This document shows, one piece after another, positions 42,130 through 50,934 of a stretch of DNA of 64,000 bases. The notes under the pieces were generated by a model, which made no database searches, was not told where the DNA came from, and saw only the letters and a program-made list of their open reading frames with translations. Within the stretch, counting starts at the first letter, position 1, and the number at the start of each line of letters is the position of its first letter. Position numbers and translations under genes: made by a program. This stretch comes from Desulfuromonadales bacterium (GTDB taxonomy: Bacteria > Desulfobacterota > Desulfuromonadia > Desulfuromonadales > JAAXQG01), in the NCBI GenBank assembly GCA_012974445.1, contig JAAXQG010000005.1, positions 4,247-68,246 on the forward strand, given 5' to 3'.

Positions 42130-44298
42130 TCAGCGGTCGCTTGGGCTGATCTTCCAGCACTGGTGAATTCGGGCGTTGCGCTCGAAGTCAAAGGCAATGG
42201 ACTCTTTGCTGATATCCTTCACGCACAGCTCTTCGCTCAGCACTGCGTCGAGACTGAACTTGCGACTATTAGTGGAGAAGTAGAGCACACCGCCGGGCGA
42301 GAGGATCCCCGCGCAGAGTCGAATCAGCTCCGCATGGTCGCGTTGAACATCAAAATGATCATCCATCGACTTAGAATTGCTGAACGTGGGGGGGTCCAGG
42401 AAAATAATGTCATAGTTCCCCTTCTCCAGCCGTAACCATTCCAGACAATTGGCCCGCACCAGACGGTGTTTCTCCAGATCCATGCCATTGAGTTCGAAAT
42501 TCTTCCGAGCCCAGTCGATGTAGGTTCCACTCATATCGACGGAGGTCGAAGCACTCGCCCCCCCAAGAGCTGCATGTACTGTCGCCGTGGCGGTATAGGC
42601 AAAAAGATTCAAGAAGGTACGCCCACTGGCCTCGGCGCCTATGCGCAGTCGCATGGGGCGATGATCCAGAAAAAGCCCCGTGTCGAGATAATCCTGCAGA
42701 TTGACCCGAAAGCGGCACTGCCCTTCCCGCACGATTTCAAAGCGCTCGCTCTGACCCATCTTTCTGTACTGCTCGCTGCCCTTCTGGCGCTTGCGGACTT
42801 TGAGGTGAATGCTCTCTGCGCTTACTCCCAGAACGGTCGGGGCCGCATCCATGACTTCCTGAAGACGCTTTTGGGCCCCCAGCTCCGATACATTTTTAGG
42901 TGCGGCGTATTCCTGCACATGATAGCTGTCGCCATAGCGATCGATGGCCACGGCGTATTCTGGCATATCGGCGTCATAAAGGCGGTAGCACTGCACTCCC
43001 TCGCGCTTTGCCCAGCGGCTCAGGCGGCTCAGGTTCTTTTTCAGTCGATTGGCGAACATCCCCTGTTGGGCCTGGTCGACCCGCTGGCCCTCACGTTCCC
43101 GGGAGCTTTTGGGCGCCTCGCGGAACCTGGAAGGTTCGATATTGAAGTGCAGCAGCTGGCAGCGAAGGGCACCGTTATAGAGGCTGTTGCGGTGTACCGA
43201 CTGAAGCCCGAGCATCGGGCCCAGCTCGGGGCGCCCTGTCATGACCAGAGCCTTCCAGCCGGAGAATTCCGACTTCAGCCGCTCCCCCAGGGTGCGGTAG
43301 AGGGCCTCGACGGCATCAATGTTGTCGCCGAGGCGCTCTCCATAAGGAGGATTCACCGCCACAAGCCCTGACTGGTCGAGCCCCTGGGGGCACTTCAGGT
43401 CTTTGATGTCACGGCGCATAAACTGAATATGACTACTCAACCCTGCTCTTTGCGCATTCTGACGGGCCGCATCCAGAACTCGGCCATCCCGGTCGAAGCA
43501 GTGAATCTCAGGCAGATTAGCCATTCCCGCAGCGCGACGCTGCTCGGCCTCTTCGACGAGGGAATTCCAGACTCCCTCATCGCGCTGCAACCAACCTGCG
43601 ATCCCCGTATGCTGACGACTGAGACCCGGAGCGATGTCGGCCGCAATCAGCGCCGCCTCAAGCGCCAGGGTGCCCGAACCGCACATGGGATCGACAAAAG
43701 CCGCGCCCTGCTTCGCCAACTCGGGCCATTTGCCGTAAAGCAGTATGGCCGCCGCAAGGTTTTCTTTCAACGGAGCCAGCGACGGGTCCAGACGGTAGCC
43801 CCGGCGGTGAAGACTGCCCCCCGAAAGATCGAGGCTCAGGGTCGCCTCCGAGCGGCGCAAAAAAAGATTGATGCGCAGATCGGGCGTCTCAAGCTCAATG
43901 GAGGGGCGCTCGCCGCTGCGGTCCCGAAACTGATCGACAATGGCGTCTTTTACCCGTAATGCCGCGTAATGGGAATGGGTGATAAGCGCCTGGCTGGTAC
44001 TGCAATCCACGGCAAAAGAGCCTGTGGAAAGCAGATGCTCGCTCCAATCGACCCTTCGAACGCCATCATATAGTTGCTCGGGAGTTGCGGCCTCGAAATT
44101 CGCCAGAGGCATAAGCACACGATTGGCCACGCGAGACCAGAGCATGACCCGGAAGGCCGACTCTAGGGTTCCATGAAAAGAAACCCCGGAACGGCCGGGA
44201 GTCACATTCTCGCAACCCAGGTCCGTCAGTTCGCGGGCAAGTAATTGTTCTAGGGCGGGGGGGGAGGATACAAAAAAATCAAATTGGGGGTTTGTCAC
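42130..44298 (-). CDS. rlmL: bifunctional 23S rRNA m2G2445 / m7G2069 methyltransferase
   Basis: The 722-aa protein has a THUMP-containing N-terminal half with VNPPYGERL. A second C-terminal SAM methyltransferase has FLDPPTFS. Confidence 0.9.
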   Translation of the reverse strand: MTNPQFDFFVSSPPALEQLLARELTDLGCENVTPGRSGVSFHGTLESAFRVMLWSRVANRVLMPLANFEAATPEQLYDGVRRVDWSEHLLSTGSFAVDCSTSQALITHSHYAALRVKDAIVDQFRDRSGERPSIELETPDLRINLFLRRSEATLSLDLSGGSLHRRGYRLDPSLAPLKENLAAAILLYGKWPELAKQGAAFVDPMCGSGTLALEAALIAADIAPGLSRQHTGIAGWLQRDEGVWNSLVEEAEQRRAAGMANLPEIHCFDRDGRVLDAARQNAQRAGLSSHIQFMRRDIKDLKCPQGLDQSGLVAVNPPYGERLGDNIDAVEALYRTLGERLKSEFSGWKALVMTGRPELGPMLGLQSVHRNSLYNGALRCQLLHFNIEPSRFREAPKSSREREGQRVDQAQQGMFANRLKKNLSRLSRWAKREGVQCYRLYDADMPEYAVAIDRYGDSYHVQEYAAPKNVSELGAQKRLQEVMDAAPTVLGVSAESIHLKVRKRQKGSEQYRKMGQSERFEIVREGQCRFRVNLQDYLDTGLFLDHRPMRLRIGAEASGRTFLNLFAYTATATVHAALGGASASTSVDMSGTYIDWARKNFELNGMDLEKHRLVRANCLEWLRLEKGNYDIIFLDPPTFSNSKSMDDHFDVQRDHAELIRLCAGILSPGGVLYFSTNSRKFSLDAVLSEELCVKDISKESIAFDFERNARIHQCWKISPSDR

Positions 44299-44382
44299 AG
44301 ACAGGTCTCACTGATGTTTTTGGGGACTGGAAAGATGCCTTGTCGTAGAACAGGGCAAAAAACAAAGAATTTACAGAAGGCT

Positions 44383-45084
44383 TCAATAAAAAGGCTCGGA
44401 ACACTGGGTAGCCATATACTCGTTTAAAAAGGAACGATCCTCGGCGGCCATTTCTACGAACTCAAGGCCTAGTCCGGTGGGCAGATCTCCCTTTTTCAAC
44501 CATTCGGGATGATTGACCCAGGCCACCCGGGCTCGACACTGAAGGGGGGCTGAACGCTCGGGAAGCTGAAACCTGACATCCAGAATGCGGTTCACCTGTA
44601 AAAGCTCACCTGTCTCTACAAAGAGCCCCCCGATGCTGATGTTTCTGGCACGACCCACGGCGGCGAAGTCATCGGGACCACTGAGAGAACTTTCAAACGC
44701 GACACGATACCGGCTCTTGGCTCTCTGCGTGATCTGGAGCAGAGCACAAACGGCATCAAGAAGTTGAAATGGCAGAGAAAACCGATCCAGAATTCGATCA
44801 GCTGTGCAGTCATACTCCTTCTGCGGTGAATTCACAACCAAAACCACGGGAATGGTCCTCAGGAAAGGGTCGGCCTTGAGACGGCGGCAACAGTCCGCGC
44901 CGCTGAGCTGCGCGAGATCACAAGGCAGGATGATGAGGTCGGGACGATCCTCATCCACCATATCGAGAACCCGAGGACCGTTTTCGGCGATCAGCAGATT
45001 GAATCCTGAGCGATGAAGAAAGCTGTCCTGAAGCTCAGACAGCACATCGTAATCAGTTGCAAAGAGTATTTTTTTTCTCAGCAT
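44383..45084 (-). CDS. degenerate receiver domain - PilZ domain protein
   Basis: The N-terminus has a CheY-like fold, but the phospho-acceptor position reads DLIILP (Pro instead of Asp). The C-terminal PilZ motifs are RAKSR and NISIGG. The start is moved to ATG 45084. Confidence 0.7.
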   Translation of the reverse strand: MLRKKILFATDYDVLSELQDSFLHRSGFNLLIAENGPRVLDMVDEDRPDLIILPCDLAQLSGADCCRRLKADPFLRTIPVVLVVNSPQKEYDCTADRILDRFSLPFQLLDAVCALLQITQRAKSRYRVAFESSLSGPDDFAAVGRARNISIGGLFVETGELLQVNRILDVRFQLPERSAPLQCRARVAWVNHPEWLKKGDLPTGLGLEFVEMAAEDRSFLNEYMATQCSEPFY

Positions 45085-45138
45085 GATCCGCACTCCTTTT
45101 TCTGGTAAGTCGCCAAACAATCCCCCTTGCCACACGCC

Positions 45139-46377
45139 TCAGATCAATCCGATCACGGCTCCGGTAAAAGAGGTGGCCAAAGTGCCGGCCAGAACCGATT
45201 TGCCTCCCAGGGCGATGATTTCACCGCGCCTCTCAGGGGCCATGGCCCCGAGCCCACCGATCATAATCCCCAGACTCCCGAGATTGGCGAATCCGCACAG
45301 AGCGTAGGTCATGATCAACCGACTCTTTTGCCCCAGGGCCTCAGCGGGTAGAGCCGCGAGATCCAGGTAGGCGACAAATTCATTCAAAATGGTCTTGCTC
45401 CCCATCAGGGCACCTGCCACAGGGGCCTGATCCCAGGGAACTCCGATAAGCCAGGTCAGCGGGGCAAAGACCCATCCCAGCAGTCGTTGAAGACTCAGAT
45501 CGTTACCTTTAAATGCAGGAAACAGTCCAAGAATCTGATTCACAATGGAAACAAAGGCGATCAGAACGATAAGCATCGCCATGATATTGAGCAGCAGCTT
45601 CAGTCCATCCGAGGTTCCCCGAACGATGGCATCCATGGCGCTGCCATCGAGTTCCTCGGGGGTGATCGCCCCCTCGGTGGCAGGCTGCCCCTGAGGAATC
45701 AACATCAGGGAAATCATGATAGCTGCCGGGGCACTGATAAGTGAAGCCGTAAGGATTTGCCCCAGGGCATCAGGAAGCACAGGTGAGAGCACCGAAGCAT
45801 AGACGGCAAGCATGGTCCCGGCGATGGTGCTCATGCCGCAGGTCATCACCAGAAAAAGCTCGCTGCGGCTCATGCTGGAGAGATAGGGGCGAATCAGTAG
45901 TGGGGCCTCCACCATGCCGACAAAAACATTCGCGGCCGCGGCGATCCCCGCTGCCCCCCCAATTCCCATGGTGCGGCGCAGGAGAAAACCGAAACCACGA
46001 ACGAACAGGGGAAGAATTTTGAGGTGAAACAACAGTGCCGACAGGGCACTGATGACAAGCACCAGCGGCAGGGCGCGAAAAGCGAAGATATAGCTCGCCC
46101 CGACGTAGGGCTCTTCAAAGGGCAGCGGCCCTCCCCCCAGATAGCCGAAGAGCAGGCTGGTGCCGTCCTGAGTGGCCCGCTCCAGGGCCAGTACCAGCGA
46201 GTTCAGCCCTGAGATAAGCTCCCGGACGGCAGGAACCCCGGTCAGAAGATAGGCCAGAGCGAATTGCAGGGTGATGCCCGTAGCCAGAATTCTCCAAGGA
46301 TAAGCCTTGCGGTTCTCACTCAGCAGGTAGCAGAACGAAGAAATGGCGACAATTCCGAGTACTCCTTGATATTCCAT
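45139..46377 (-). CDS. nupC: NupC/CNT family nucleoside transporter
   Basis: This is a 412-aa polytopic membrane protein with concentrative nucleoside transporter features throughout. Confidence 0.88.
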   Translation of the reverse strand: MEYQGVLGIVAISSFCYLLSENRKAYPWRILATGITLQFALAYLLTGVPAVRELISGLNSLVLALERATQDGTSLLFGYLGGGPLPFEEPYVGASYIFAFRALPLVLVISALSALLFHLKILPLFVRGFGFLLRRTMGIGGAAGIAAAANVFVGMVEAPLLIRPYLSSMSRSELFLVMTCGMSTIAGTMLAVYASVLSPVLPDALGQILTASLISAPAAIMISLMLIPQGQPATEGAITPEELDGSAMDAIVRGTSDGLKLLLNIMAMLIVLIAFVSIVNQILGLFPAFKGNDLSLQRLLGWVFAPLTWLIGVPWDQAPVAGALMGSKTILNEFVAYLDLAALPAEALGQKSRLIMTYALCGFANLGSLGIMIGGLGAMAPERRGEIIALGGKSVLAGTLATSFTGAVIGLI

Positions 46378-46495
46378 GGTTCATTCCTGATCGCATATTT
46401 TTAAAGCAACTATGAAACAACAGAGCCCCATGTCTGTCAAGGCGAGGTTGCCTGTCTCCATCAATTAAACTCTTTACGCGCTCAAGGAGCCGCAG

Positions 46496-46729
46496 ATGGT
46501 TCATCCCCTGCCCTTTTTTGTCTATGGAACGCTCTTAAGCGATCAGAAAAACCACCCGACTTACCTAGTTGGAAAAACCCTGAACATTACCCCAGCAAAT
46601 GAACCGGACAGTGTTTATATGAGACAACAAATGCAGGTTTTTATTAATCGGGGCAGGGTTGAATCCGGGGAGTTCAGATGTTTGATGCAAGAGTTGATGG
46701 ATGAGCCAGACAGGCAGGGGGGGAAATAA
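46496..46729 (+). CDS. gamma-glutamylcyclotransferase (AIG2/GGCT)-like protein, short and probably decayed
   Basis: The N-terminal FFVYGTL motif and a weak V.SGEF...ELMDEP segment are present. At only 77 aa it is shorter than typical family members. Confidence 0.3.
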   Translation: MVHPLPFFVYGTLLSDQKNHPTYLVGKTLNITPANEPDSVYMRQQMQVFINRGRVESGEFRCLMQELMDEPDRQGGK

Positions 46730-46743
46730 AATAGAGGGGAAGC

Positions 46744-46774
46744 CGGCCCCATCCTTCTGGTCAGGATGGGGCCG
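46744..46774. terminator. hairpin between convergent GGCT-like ORF and the copper operon
   Basis: A 12-bp stem, CGGCCCCATCCT / AGGATGGGGCCG, encloses a 7-nt loop. A moderately T-rich tract follows on the minus strand. Confidence 0.5.
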
Positions 46775-46791
46775 AAGCTTGTTGTTGCACC

Positions 46792-46968
46792 TCAGTGCTT
46801 ATGAGTGCTGTGGTCGTGGTCAGGAGCAGGGGCACTGAACAGGCTCTGTTCCTCGAGATATTGCACCAGAGCCTCAACTTCCAAAGGATTGAGACTGAGG
46901 TTGGACATGGGCAGATGATTAGATGACTCAAGCAGCTCCATGGCAATCGGGTCTTTTTCCTCGATCAT
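46792..46968 (-). CDS. 58-aa His-tailed mini-protein, or alternatively a frameshifted C-terminal extension of Sco1
   Basis: This ORF is not in the track because it is under 60 aa. Its ATG overlaps the sco1 TGA (ATGA). The sequence is MIEEKDPIAMELLESSNHLPMSNLSLNPLEVEALVQYLEEQSLFSAPAPDHDHSTHKH. The frame stays open for about 70 codons. Confidence 0.4.
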   Translation of the reverse strand: MIEEKDPIAMELLESSNHLPMSNLSLNPLEVEALVQYLEEQSLFSAPAPDHDHSTHKH

Positions 46969-47582
46969 CTTGTCCGGTTCGGCAATCCAACGCTTTTCCA
47001 GTTATGGAGCCAGCTGCCGATCTGGGTCGCCAGAATATAGGGATTTTCAAAGGGGGAGCGTTTCATCCAGCGCCCTGTACGCTGGTTGCCGATGATCAGG
47101 TTCAAATTATGCTCCTCAAGATCGGCACTGTCGGTACTTGCCTCAAAGAGGCCCAGTTTGGTGCGCAGCAACGTGATATCGGACTCTTTTCCGGTCAGGA
47201 AGGTCCACCCGGGCCCGATCTGATAAAGCTCAGTATATTGTTTCAAGACCTCGGGAGTATCAGTATCCGGGTCGATGGTGATGGAATACATGAAAACATC
47301 GGTACCGACCCTGTCTCCCAGTATTTTCTGCATTTCTCTGAGCCTGGCCGTCTCCAGCGGGCAGACATCGGGGCAGCTGGTAAAGATGAAGTTGATTGCC
47401 ACCACCTTATCCTTAACCAGATCATCGAAGAACCGGACCTTCTTCCCTTCGTGGGTAGTCAGTTCCACATTGGGAAAATAATCGGCCCCCCAGGGGCCCC
47501 CGGCCGCATGGGTCTGAGCCGCTGCGAGAAAAGTCACCGATATCCCGAAGATCATCAGGGTTGCCACCAGTTTTTTTCGCAT
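46965..47582 (-). CDS. SCO1/SenC family copper chaperone / thiol-disulfide oxidoreductase
   Basis: It has a signal/anchor sequence, the thioredoxin fold with the CPDVC (CxxxC) copper site, and a downstream conserved His (EEHNLNLII). Confidence 0.85.
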   Translation of the reverse strand: MRKKLVATLMIFGISVTFLAAAQTHAAGGPWGADYFPNVELTTHEGKKVRFFDDLVKDKVVAINFIFTSCPDVCPLETARLREMQKILGDRVGTDVFMYSITIDPDTDTPEVLKQYTELYQIGPGWTFLTGKESDITLLRTKLGLFEASTDSADLEEHNLNLIIGNQRTGRWMKRSPFENPYILATQIGSWLHNWKSVGLPNRTR

Positions 47583-47618
47583 GAAACCTCCTTTTCGTCA
47601 CTCAATTGAGATGAGTAC

Positions 47619-47656
47619 GAAGAAACCGCGACCCTGAAGTACTTCGCGGTTCCTTC
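47619..47656 (-). other. strong intercistronic stem-loop between the multicopper oxidase gene and sco1
   Basis: The 13-bp arms GAAGAAACCGCGA / TCGCGGTTCCTTC have one mismatch and a 12-nt loop. No T-run follows, so this is more likely an mRNA processing or stability element than a terminator. Confidence 0.5.
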
Positions 47657-47674
47657 GTCTGTTTAAATATCAGA

Positions 47675-50602
47675 TCAGAAAGATGTGCCCGTCCCGTCCC
47701 CTGTCCTGAAGGTAGGCAGGGCGGCCGTGTCCACATATTCTACCCCATCCCAGGTGGGAAGTGGAGTCGGCATCAGCTGAAACTGGCCGGGATGCTCGAT
47801 ATCCCACCTCAGCAGCATGGCATTGTCCTCGTGCTGGGTGTTGTGGCAATGCTCCATGTAGGTTCCGGCAAACTCCCTGAAACGAATGGCGATCTCAACA
47901 CTGGAGAGGCTGTCGTCCTGTGGCCCCACACGGTAAACATCCTTCCTGGCCCATTTTTCCCACTCGGGGGGCGCCGCACCGCCGCGCTGCAGGATGATGC
48001 CTTCCTCGAAGTGGACATGGATCGGGTGACTCCAGCCTCCACCATTTTTAATATGCCAGATCTCGAGGGTTCCATCCCCGCTGAAACCGGCCTCAGTAGG
48101 TCCGTTTAACAGAGGAATTGCAGCCGAGAGTCTTCTGGGATCCATGTTGAAACCAGCGCCCCCATCCGTAAGGATCGTCCAAGGCCTGTTGTCGGTCCCG
48201 TTGGACTTGCCAAAGATAAAGGTCCTGTGCCGGGCATTAGCGAGCAGTGCCTGGTCCGCAGGATCGTCCCGGTCGAGGTGCAGGGGGATCATCTTCTTGC
48301 CGCCAGGGACAAATTCAGCCGGATCCATACTCAGGTCCTGCCCCTCATAGGCTTCAACCCGGAATTCGAGGAACCGTCCCACGGTGGGGTCTCCTCCGAC
48401 CCATTGGTCCATAATTCCATCGGCGTCATTATCCTGCCGCTGGGGCAGATAGGCTTCGGAGAGGATATCGACAAGGGGTATCTTGCTGCCGGTGACCTGA
48501 CCGGTGCTATGTTCCAGTACGTTGACCATATAGAGTTTATCGCCGGGCTGGATCCCGTTTTTACTGAAATCCACGATGATGTCGTAGCGCTCTGCAATAG
48601 CCTGGGTCGGCAACATTCCAATGTGTTCCTGCAGGTCCGCATCGCCGTCCAGGTCCATGCTGCCGTCAAAGGGAACGGCATGCTCCATGAGGTTTCCGTC
48701 ATTGGCGACCATATAGAAGGGCATCCGGTCGTAAGAGATATTAGAGCCAACGGGGCCGGGGAACTCTCCCGCGCCGCCTTCTACCTGCCGGACCAGAGCG
48801 ATGGTGAAATACCGGGAGACCGAGCCGTTAAGGATGCGGAAACGATAACTGCGCGCTCTCACCTTTAAGAACGGCTTGTGAAGCCAATTGGTCAGCACGT
48901 TATCTCCCAGAAAACCGTCCTTGTTAAAGATGTTGAACCAGAGCTGTCCCTGCTGGTCCCAGGCCTTGTCGGCCACGAGCAAGTTGATGTCGTAGTCCCT
49001 GTTGCCCCAGGGCAACGCCGTTCCGCTGGGCAGGCGCAGGTTCACGCCGTCATCCAGAGCCTCGTTGCCACGATCCAGGGCGCTGTAATAGTTCATCATG
49101 ACCGCATTGCCCTTGTAGACGTTCTGGGCCGTGAAATCGAGCATATGGTCGTGGAACCAGTGGGTGCTCATGGTCTCGTGCCAGTCGCCACGAATCCTGA
49201 TGGATCCGTTCTGGCAGCTCTTCAAACCTGGATCTGCATCGTTGACGAAGAGTGTCTCCCCATCGGCGCAGGGGAACGCAGCCTTGGGATCGCTCGCATC
49301 GGTATTGATGCTGTCGTAGCCGGCCAGCTGCATCGGCCAGCGGTAATCGTAGAATTGACCAGGGAAGAAGAATGCGTTGGTGTAACCGTCGCTCTCGGCC
49401 GGGGAGTGGCCGTTGTGCTCATGGGTGCTGATGGTATGCAGGCCGAAACCGCGATTGGCCGAGGGGTCGATGGGCAGTGCGTTATAGTGTCGCATGAGAA
49501 TCGGTTGCCCGACCCTGGCCATGAGCAGCTTGGGTGGCAGGGTACCGTCGAAGGTCCAGAGGGCCCTGTGATCCTGAACAGGCATTTTGGGATGAATCCG
49601 AATGCCAAGCCCCTCCGTCGTACCGTCGAGCACCGGAGCACCAGCCACGGTGGGGGCCTCGAAGATCCTGTGATAGAGCCCGCCGGGTGCGAATTCTCCG
49701 AGACTGTACCCGTGCATCTGCCTCAGATCCCGGAATCCGCCGTTGACCCGGGAGCCTGCCTGGGCTGTCTTGAAAAATACCGAAGGGTAAAATTCGTTCC
49801 ATCTCTGGTGCGCCCAGCCTTTGCCCGGAGGACGTCCTTCAGCAGGCGGCGTATCCAGATTACGGCCCAGCAATGACTCGATCTCGGATTTCCAGGGATT
49901 CATATCCGTCGTGTTGGCAAACTCCGTGGGGAACTGCGAGACGCCACTTTCTGCCAGAAAACTCTCTAGCTCGCTACCTCTTGGGGCGCTGCGCGTCACG
50001 CTGGATGGATCCTGTTCCGGTGCCGGACCGGTTTGAGGCTTCGGCAAACGGGAGGAGGAGCCGTTGTCAGCCAGCGGCATGGATTCAGTCCCGAACTCTT
50101 CGAATCTGAGCATCTGCTGCTCAAAAGGTACGGCGCCAAACATGGGACTGGGCAGGCTGTTTGTTGGGATATTAAAGCTGGTCAGATCCGTCTCGGGAAC
50201 CGAGTTGTCAATGCCCGCATCGTGCTCAGTCCCCGTTTCCCCCCCCTCGAAGGCACCCTCATTGGCCGGGCTCAGCAGTGCCAGCTGAGTAGCGGCAAAT
50301 TCCAGGCCGATGAGCGGGCCGGTAAAGACCGAAGGATCCCCTTCCGGAGGAGGACCGAATACATCAGCGGTGGGATCGGGAACGAAGGGTGGAGGGTTCT
50401 CCTGGTCCGTCACCGGCGGGTTGTCGCTTCCCGGACCGATGCCACCGCCGGGTCCGGATGAACCTCCCCCGCTGACGCTTCCGCTTCCACCGCCATCGCA
50501 GCCGTAGAGCATGAAAAATCCGAACAGCAGGGCCAACAGTATCCGCGTGGGTCCTGTCCAAGCTTTTTGTGTACGCACGCCCATACTGGTTTTTGCTCTC
50601 AT
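47675..50602 (-). CDS. large multicopper oxidase, predicted lipoprotein
   Basis: All four MCO copper motifs are present: HTISTHEHNGH, STHWFHDH, HPIHVHFE and HCHNTQHEDNAM. The N-terminus MRAKTS...LLFGFFMLYGC is followed by a Gly/Ser/Pro linker. The start is moved to ATG 50602, preceded by GGGGAGGGAAGGGGA. Confidence 0.88.
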   Translation of the reverse strand: MRAKTSMGVRTQKAWTGPTRILLALLFGFFMLYGCDGGGSGSVSGGGSSGPGGGIGPGSDNPPVTDQENPPPFVPDPTADVFGPPPEGDPSVFTGPLIGLEFAATQLALLSPANEGAFEGGETGTEHDAGIDNSVPETDLTSFNIPTNSLPSPMFGAVPFEQQMLRFEEFGTESMPLADNGSSSRLPKPQTGPAPEQDPSSVTRSAPRGSELESFLAESGVSQFPTEFANTTDMNPWKSEIESLLGRNLDTPPAEGRPPGKGWAHQRWNEFYPSVFFKTAQAGSRVNGGFRDLRQMHGYSLGEFAPGGLYHRIFEAPTVAGAPVLDGTTEGLGIRIHPKMPVQDHRALWTFDGTLPPKLLMARVGQPILMRHYNALPIDPSANRGFGLHTISTHEHNGHSPAESDGYTNAFFFPGQFYDYRWPMQLAGYDSINTDASDPKAAFPCADGETLFVNDADPGLKSCQNGSIRIRGDWHETMSTHWFHDHMLDFTAQNVYKGNAVMMNYYSALDRGNEALDDGVNLRLPSGTALPWGNRDYDINLLVADKAWDQQGQLWFNIFNKDGFLGDNVLTNWLHKPFLKVRARSYRFRILNGSVSRYFTIALVRQVEGGAGEFPGPVGSNISYDRMPFYMVANDGNLMEHAVPFDGSMDLDGDADLQEHIGMLPTQAIAERYDIIVDFSKNGIQPGDKLYMVNVLEHSTGQVTGSKIPLVDILSEAYLPQRQDNDADGIMDQWVGGDPTVGRFLEFRVEAYEGQDLSMDPAEFVPGGKKMIPLHLDRDDPADQALLANARHRTFIFGKSNGTDNRPWTILTDGGAGFNMDPRRLSAAIPLLNGPTEAGFSGDGTLEIWHIKNGGGWSHPIHVHFEEGIILQRGGAAPPEWEKWARKDVYRVGPQDDSLSSVEIAIRFREFAGTYMEHCHNTQHEDNAMLLRWDIEHPGQFQLMPTPLPTWDGVEYVDTAALPTFRTGDGTGTSF

Positions 50603-50934
50603 CTGCTTCCCCTTCCCTCCCCCTGGCAACGGCCTGACATCGGCCAGCAAAAATCCAATTGACAGGCATCACTTGTTGTAAAAACAACCCAGATGTATCA
50701 CCTGTAAAAAGTATGAATCAAATCGAAACATCCTCTATCAGCAAATCTCCACTTCTGGAGCAGGAAAACCCCTATTTCTCTAACAATCTTAACTGTCAAT
50801 AATGCCCATGAAGTACCCGCGCATCGTAGTGGAGATCTAATTGTCTCCCTCTCAGTCTTTTCGTAGGAGCTGCTTCTCTGGGAGTCATCAGGTATGATTG
50901 GAGCAGAGGCTATAAAAAAGGAGATGGGAAAAAC

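Noticed and set aside
50603-50934. Copper-responsive operator (CueR/CsoR-like), small RNA or small ORF in the 332-bp MCO / ccdA divergent region.
   Set aside because: I found only short repeats (ATCACTTGT..TAAAAA twice, and GTTGTAAAAACAAC) and no match to the MerR-family dyads I know. There is no convincing promoter geometry or structured RNA. I left it unannotated.
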